Shown: positions 57,351 to 64,000 of the stretch, piece by piece
Layout of the letters: every line of letters begins with the position of its first letter
How positions within the stretch are numbered: the stretch's first letter is position 1
NCBI GenBank assembly: GCA_963693365.1
Contig: CAVNZM010000009.1
Coordinates: 3,412,231-3,476,230, forward strand
DNA from: Amoebidium appalachense
Lineage: Eukaryota > Protista > Ichthyosporea
Length of the DNA stretch: 64,000 nucleotides
Direction of reading: 5' to 3'
Translations under genes and position numbers: made by a program
The notes under the pieces: model-generated
What the model saw: the letters and a program-made list of their open reading frames with translations, nothing else
Databases searched by the model: none
Told to the model about the DNA's origin: nothing

Positions 57351-58647
57351 CTTGTGATGTGTTGATGTTTCTATCCTATCGATCGTGTGATAAAACTGTC
57401 CCTTGCACTATGTAGACTGGAAGGGGGGAAAAGGAAGCACTCCGTTGCCTGCACGTGTTTTTATGCTCGTTCAATCGCTGAAGAATAACCATATATGTTT
57501 AATCATATTTGGTAAGTCTCCGGGCTAATCTTGTCCTTTATGACGTCATCTAATTGATTTGCTGAAGATTTGAAGCAAGCCCCCTCAAGTGTCCCCAAAC
57601 TCAGTAGTGAAAGTTTAACGTACAATGCATAGCTACAACGAGAGAAGTGTTGTTGCTTGTATTTTCGCCTTTAACAGACTGAAAGGACCAAGGAAATTAT
57701 AAGGGAATTTCTAGCTCGCAGAAAGAATAAATAATGCGCGTAGACGTTTGTAATTTAGGCCCAAGCACAGACTGGAGATGACCAAGTGTCTGAGGCTCCT
57801 CTTGTCAGGTTGGGAAGGGCTAGTTGATGGGAGGTTAAGAAAGAGGAAATATGTTGGCAGCTAAATGCTTGGGCTCCCGGCTACGATTCGCTTTGAGCTA
57901 CCTTACAACTACCTTCCCTACGGCTGCGGGGGAACCCAGGCAGGGAGCTGGGAGGCGTTCAAAAAGGGGGCAGGGCCGGGAAAGGGGGGGAAGCCCGAAG
58001 GGGGAGGGGGGGGAGAGAGACTTGGGAATTGATCTGGAAGTGCAGGAAAGGGTGGCGGAGAGATAAGGCAAAGGCTTTTGGGGTTGGAGAGAGAGTTAGG
58101 AAACTTTGCAGAGTGTGTGCACGTGTGTGTGTGCTCATTGTGAACTTCGTGACGTGTCTGTGAGTAGACAAGAGAAGAGCATGATGTGTTCCGGGTGTCA
58201 GACGGGAGGAGAGAGTAGACCCGGGTCAAGAGAGTGTACAGGCTGAGGGAGTGGGGTTGGGGCAAGAAACCGAGGCTGGGGTGCTGTTCAGCAGGGTAGG
58301 GGGTTGGGGGGAGGAGGGCAGATTCCGGTGAGTGGGGTTTGTGGGGGGGGGGGGGGGGGGGGGGGCAGAGGGGAGGGCGCAGAGGGGGGGGGGGGGGGGA
58401 AGAGGGGGGGGGAGAGGGGAGGGAGGGAAGTGGGCATTGCCCGGGGGGGGGGGGGGGGGGGCATAGACTTGGAGGTGTTGGCTTTGGACGGAAAGTGAAG
58501 GGCCTGTAATAAGGTACCTCTCAACCCCTCTCTCGGGGGCTCTCTCTCTCTCTCTCACTCTCTCCAGCTCTGCTGAGTCTCCCCCCCTTTCCCCCCCCCT
58601 CCCCCTCCCCCCTCTCTCAGGATCTTTCTCTCAGGATCTCTCCTCGG

Positions 58648-58765
<118 letters not shown>

Positions 58766-59688
58766 TCTCCTCTCTCTCTCTTCTTTCTCTGTCCTCTCTC
58801 TCCCTTTCCCGTCTCCCCCTCCTCCCCCCCCCCCCCCCCCCCCTTGCACCCACATATGCACTTCCGTCAACACGTGCACATACACACATGCAAACACAAA
58901 TACATGTGCGAACACCGGTGCACATGAACTCGTTTGAAAACTTGCAACGCACGAACACAGGAACGGAGCACAAACAGACACAAAAACATGCACCACACAA
59001 ATTGAATCCATTTGCCGTGACCCATGTGCTCATTCACCCACATCTCTCTCCCTCCCCCCTTCCCCATTCTCTTCCCCCCCCCCCCCCCCCTCCGGCTGCT
59101 TCTCCCCCCCCCCAGATTTACACATGCGGACGCATGCCAGCCCCCCCCCCCCCCCCCCCCCCCCCCTCCCTCTCCCCCTTTCCCCCCCCAACCCCTCCCC
59201 TCCCCAACGGTGTGCGCTTCAGACAAGTTGACGAACACACAAAAGCGCGAACCTCCAAATACCGACGGTGCTACAACCGACTTAGCTTGTCCAAAATCCC
59301 ATCGGTGTGTTACCATAGCATTCACTTATGACACACAGTGGAACACACACATGTGTATACATACTACACACACAGCCTAAACATACACAACAAACAATCA
59401 AAATGCACACACACAAGCTAGCACACACGCACGTCGCACGCGCACACGAATATGCATGCAAATGCACACACACACACACACAGACACACATGTACGGACC
59501 CACCCGTATCCGTGTCCGCCGACACTCATTTATGCACACGCAAACGAGCACGCACCCATAAGACGCACACAAGAAACGACTCTCGACCACAGTCGCAGCA
59601 CTGCACCGTGCCCCCCGGCCAGCACACCTTGGCAAAGCTAGGCAGCCCTTACCGCCCGCCACCCCCCCCCCCCCCCCCCCCCATCCCC

Positions 59689-59720
<32 letters not shown>

Positions 59721-60683
59721 ACCTCCTCCCCCCCCCCCCCGCCCCACCCACCCCACCTTCCCCTCCCTCGGGCCTCACCTAAGGCTTGCTTCCCATTTCT
59801 ACACCCTCTGCCTCAACTACCCACCATCTTCCTGATCCTCAAGGTCACCTTCTCGACATCTTCCTCTGTGTTGTTCCTGATTACTTTCTAGTCCACCAGC
59901 TTAGATGCTATGGGCTTGCCGGCCTCCCCCATTCCCGAAAAGCTGGCATTACATTCTTAGTGTAAACTCAGAGTCTCTCTCCTTCCTTTATCGCACCCAT
60001 CCTTTTTAGGCCCTATCTATTCTGGGGTTCACTTGTTCTCTCCATCACCCTCATGTCCGTTTCATGGTTACCCTCTAGCTGTCGGGAGAAACACATCGAT
60101 GCCTCCAGGCTCCCCAGGTGTAGGGCCCAGGCACGGCCATCTAGGTGTTTCTAGATGGCCGTGGGCCCAGGTAAAGATGGAACAAATGCATGAAAAAAGA
60201 AAAAGGAAAACATGCTGAAGTAGCAGAAGTAAACAAGCGCAAGCCCATACGTGTAAAGCGGTTTTGGTTTTTTTTTTTTGTCGCTTTGTTGTTCTCACGG
60301 TATATACATGTATATTAGGCCCGCCGCCCGCCCAGGGAAAAGGGCGCGAAAAGCGGCCTGCTTCAAATCTTATCGAGTGACGTCATAAGGTGACTCGTAG
60401 TGCCGCAGTGATGCCAAAACTACTACTGTTTCTATTGCAAGTTATTGTAGGAGTTGATGGAAAAAGTAGATCCCATGGAAGTCGAATTCTATGCAATCAC
60501 CTGATCAGCCTCCTTCAGCCGACCGTATCTGCTGATTTCTGTCTTACGTCTTGCATAGACACGTCCATGCGCATGCAGTGGCAGTGATGCGGGTATAGAA
60601 AAGGGGGTGAGTCAATGAGGGGGGGCGCGGAGGGGGGGTTTGGGGAGCAGGAGAAGGGGTGAGGGGGGCGAGGGGGGGGGGGG

Positions 60684-60723
<40 letters not shown>

Positions 60724-60787
60724 TGGAATGGCGTGTGTGTATATGGGGGAAGGAAGGGGGGGGGGGGGGGGGGGGGGGGAGGGGGGA

Positions 60788-60832
<45 letters not shown>

Positions 60833-61407
60833 GCATAACACCTTCACTGCTCCCAAAAAAGTAAGCCTAAAACCAGGTAGGTTCAAAAATCATGAATGCG
60901 CAAGAACGATCATCACGATTTTGAGTGCATACACGGGCGGGGTTGTTGCGTGGTAGGCCAACAAGGAATGGGGAAAGCAGCAGAAAGAATCAAGGCCCCT
61001 GACCGTCTGTGCACCATCAGGTGAGTTTGTTTTGTTCATGCTGACCCCGCATCCCCGCATCCACATTTACAGCAAATTGTATGTATGTTCCTATGCTTGC
61101 TCTAATGGCTTGGACTTCTGTGGGTGAGGATGGTTGTGTGTGGTTGTATACGTATGTGTGGGTATAGGTGTGGTTGCGAGTGTTGGCGTGTGTTGCACAT
61201 GTGACCTAGGGATGGTTGGGGGGGGGAAGGGGGAGGGGACGAGAGCCGAGGAAAACGTGCCGGATGGTGGTGCCAGGTTCACCGCGGAGGGAGGGGGTGG
61301 GGGGGTGGGGGGGGGGGGGGGGGGGGGGGGCTGTGTGCTGAAAGGTGTAACACAGGAGACGGGAGAACAAGGGGGGAAGGGGGGAGGGGGGGGGGGGGGG
61401 GGGGGGG

Positions 61408-61645
61408 TTTGAATGCGTCAAAAAGTACGAAGTACACAAGAACAAACGGATAACACGATGCAGAATGCAAACCATACATAAAGAGTATGCATAATAAGCA
61501 GAGCCCATCCTCAGGGGGGTCCCACGTCATCCACAGTACCCGAGTTTCGACCTATTCACCTCGTTAACGAAACCCAACCCAGATACTGTTTCACTTGAAC
61601 ATGGGTAGGTCACCCGTCTTGATCAGAGACGAGGAGGGTTGCTTA
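61408..61645 (-). repeat. Poly(C)-ended structured repeat, subfamily A, longest copy
   Basis: Full core through CACCCGTCTTGATCAGAGACGAGGAGGGTTGCTTA, flanked by G runs. Confidence 0.9.
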
Positions 61646-62138
61646 GGGGGAGAGGATCTATTGTACCTTTTTTGGTGGTATTTATGTTGTGGTGGTGGTG
61701 GGGGGGGGGGGGGGGGGGGGGGGGAGTCGAGAAGCAACCATGAGCGGAAGCCGAGTGTAGGAGGTAAATGTACGAGACGGGAGGGAGAGAGGGGGGGGGG
61801 AAGGGGGGGGGGGGGGGGGGGACGGATATGGGACAGGGTAAGCTTCGAGATTCATTCATTCTAACATTTTCAAATACTCAAGTACAAATACGCAGAAATT
61901 CGTTGGCCATATCATAAATACGAACACAAGCGCAACAGAAATACTTTGAAACATACCAAAACGTATCAAAATAGCCGCTCGTGCGTTTTGACTCTATACA
62001 TAAGTCTGGTACCCCGCCGCGCACTTGTCTCCGACCACATAACACAAGTTTCCCCACATCCTCCTCCTTCATATACTTCGCAAGAAACCTAACAGTGCAC
62101 ACATGAACACTCAAGCTCATGCCTTACATAAGTACAAC

Positions 62139-63233
62139 TCAGTGTTTCCCGCCTTTCATAGCCGCCTTGAACCTACTAACCCTCTCGGGTGCACTCTTCT
62201 GCTGCTCATCAGGCACCTTACCCACACCCTCTCCCCTCCCGAAATCCCTTTCTACTACCCCACCTGTAAACGCCGCCGGTTTTTCAGGAACACGATACCT
62301 CTCCTCCTCTTGTTTCCTCTGTGCCTCTGCTCTCTGTTGCTCTCTCTGCTGCTTGAACTTCGAGAGTGTGGGACCGGTTGTGATAACATCTTTGGCTGAT
62401 GTCTCGATTTCCTTGGTCATGTTTCGTTCCTGAACAATGTCGATGTCTTCAACCTCCTCCACTTCCACTTTAACATCCTCCACATCCTCCTCTACCTCGT
62501 CCTCTTCTTGTTCCTCCTCCTCCTCCTCATCATCATTTTCTTCGCTTTCACCTGTTTCTTCCTCCACATCTTCCACATCCTCCTCCTCCTCTTGCTCATA
62601 TCCCTCCCCCTGTTCTCTTTCCAACCTCTCCAGTTTTTCAAGCGACTCCATGAACGCCTTAAACTGCGCCTTTTCCTCTTCCGTTTCCTTCTTCACCTTA
62701 GTTTCACTTCCCTTGTTACTCACTTTACTTGGTTTGGACACCCACGGCTTATACACATTTCTCTCTTGCCAGGCTCTCTCTTCTTCCTCCGTTGCAGGCT
62801 CGTTTATTTCAATTATGTCATTTCCTTCTTCATCTTTCGCCCCACCCCATACCTCGTGCTGTGCGTATTCCGCTCTCGTGCCCAAATCATTCAGCAGTTT
62901 CTCGACCGCGTTGATGTTACCCTTTACAAACTCCTGTCTTCGTTTTATAATACCAACTGCCTGCTTGGCCGACCTCTCCGCAAAGATGTTATCACCCAGA
63001 AGCACGAGAATCTCGTTCGTGTGAACTATCTGCCCAGGCATAAACGCCAAAGGCCCCAGAGGAACCATGATTTCATGTTTGGTTTTGTCTGGGAGAGTGG
63101 CCAAACGACGTTCGAGCGCTTCGTAATCGCGGAGGTATCCGCGCCATTTCTCGAGCTCCTCCTCTCTGTGTCTGTATGCCTCGGCTAGTTTTTCTTGGTG
63201 TAGGCGTACCCCTTTATCTAGGCTTGAAGCCAT
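62139..63233 (-). CDS. URI1: Unconventional prefoldin RPB5 interactor (URI1/Bud27), intronless
   Basis: Alpha-prefoldin motif IMVPLGPLAFMPGQIVHTNEILVLLGDNIFAERSAKQAVGIIKRR, a long acidic tract, AFTGGVVER and C-terminal RVSRFKA. Confidence 0.92.
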   Translation of the reverse strand: MASSLDKGVRLHQEKLAEAYRHREEELEKWRGYLRDYEALERRLATLPDKTKHEIMVPLGPLAFMPGQIVHTNEILVLLGDNIFAERSAKQAVGIIKRRQEFVKGNINAVEKLLNDLGTRAEYAQHEVWGGAKDEEGNDIIEINEPATEEEERAWQERNVYKPWVSKPSKVSNKGSETKVKKETEEEKAQFKAFMESLEKLERLEREQGEGYEQEEEEDVEDVEEETGESEENDDEEEEEEQEEDEVEEDVEDVKVEVEEVEDIDIVQERNMTKEIETSAKDVITTGPTLSKFKQQREQQRAEAQRKQEEERYRVPEKPAAFTGGVVERDFGRGEGVGKVPDEQQKSAPERVSRFKAAMKGGKH

Positions 63234-64000
63234 GTTGTGTGCTGGTTAAAGTGTATGGTGTGAGTGAAGGGGTGGGTCCGGTGTGGGTTTGGAACCTGAG
63301 TGAGTACGGGCCAGTATTTCTTATGGTGACGATGTGGTGAGTGGTCGCATGCACACTTTCACAGTTGGAAGAGAGTGTTTGGTCGTTCGTAAGTCTCTCT
63401 AACTCTAGCTCATTGCAGTATGGTTACAACTCACCATTAGCTTAAGGTGAAAAAAAAACAAACTTAGAACACTAAGAGATGGTAAATCTATAAATAGAAC
63501 ACTGCGCGCAGGGCGTGAGCCACACAGCTGCACGACCTTCGGTGCGTGCGCCACAGCTTGCGTGATCGCCGCTCGATTGTGATTGGTGTTTAGCTCATTT
63601 TAGAATATATAAACGGTTTAACAAATTTTACAATATATATTCAAGTAGCATTGATTTAATATCATGATACAGCTTTGCGCGGTACGTGTTTGATGCATTA
63701 TTTTCGAGCTATAAAAAAACCACGGAAATGGGGGGTACGACGTGTGTATATAAGCTCGTTACGTAGATTTCTTGTTGATAAGTTCACTTTCGTTTTCACG
63801 GCAAAGTGTCGGGTTTATGTGGCGTTTATAACTAATGTTGTATCCAGCTTCTAAAGTTTTTTTCAATAAGTAACGACAGGAAAAAACAGTGCAAAACAGG
63901 GCATTCTTTTTTCAGGAGAAATTAAAGGAAAAATGGAAGAAAAAACGCAGTTACTGCGTGAGCGCAAGCCCTCACCAAAAGTCACGGACACGGCCATTTC

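Overview
Eukaryotic, intron-rich nuclear DNA. The gene set (THAP, ZNF106-like, URI1, DHRS7-like) suggests a holozoan, possibly a unicellular relative of animals, but that is inference only. Introns are packed with very long poly-G/poly-C tracts and (GT)n/(CA)n/(GA)n microsatellites, so most ORF-track entries are low-complexity artefacts. Splicing by hand (GT-AG, phases checked) gives seven genes: a secreted SMPDL3/Ppn1-like metallophosphoesterase (+), a secreted tandem VWC/pacifastin-like Cys/Pro-rich protein (-), a 16-exon ZNF106-like WD40 + six C2H2 protein fused to a C-terminal J-domain (-), an intronless THAP protein (+), a DHRS7-like SDR (+), 6-phosphogluconolactonase (-) and URI1/Bud27 (-). 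Also present: two back-to-back decayed non-LTR RT fragments, MITEs and a tRNA-like head. The most unusual items are (1) a dispersed structured ~250-nt repeat that ends in ...GCATTCAAAC-(C)n, sits in G/C homopolymer tracts and has a fixed orientation in host introns, (2) the ZNF106-like/J-domain fusion, (3) introns whose acceptors use (CA)n or C tracts instead of U-rich tracts, often with complementary G/GU tracts upstream, and (4) tandem intronic hairpin units in two unrelated genes that share a stem.
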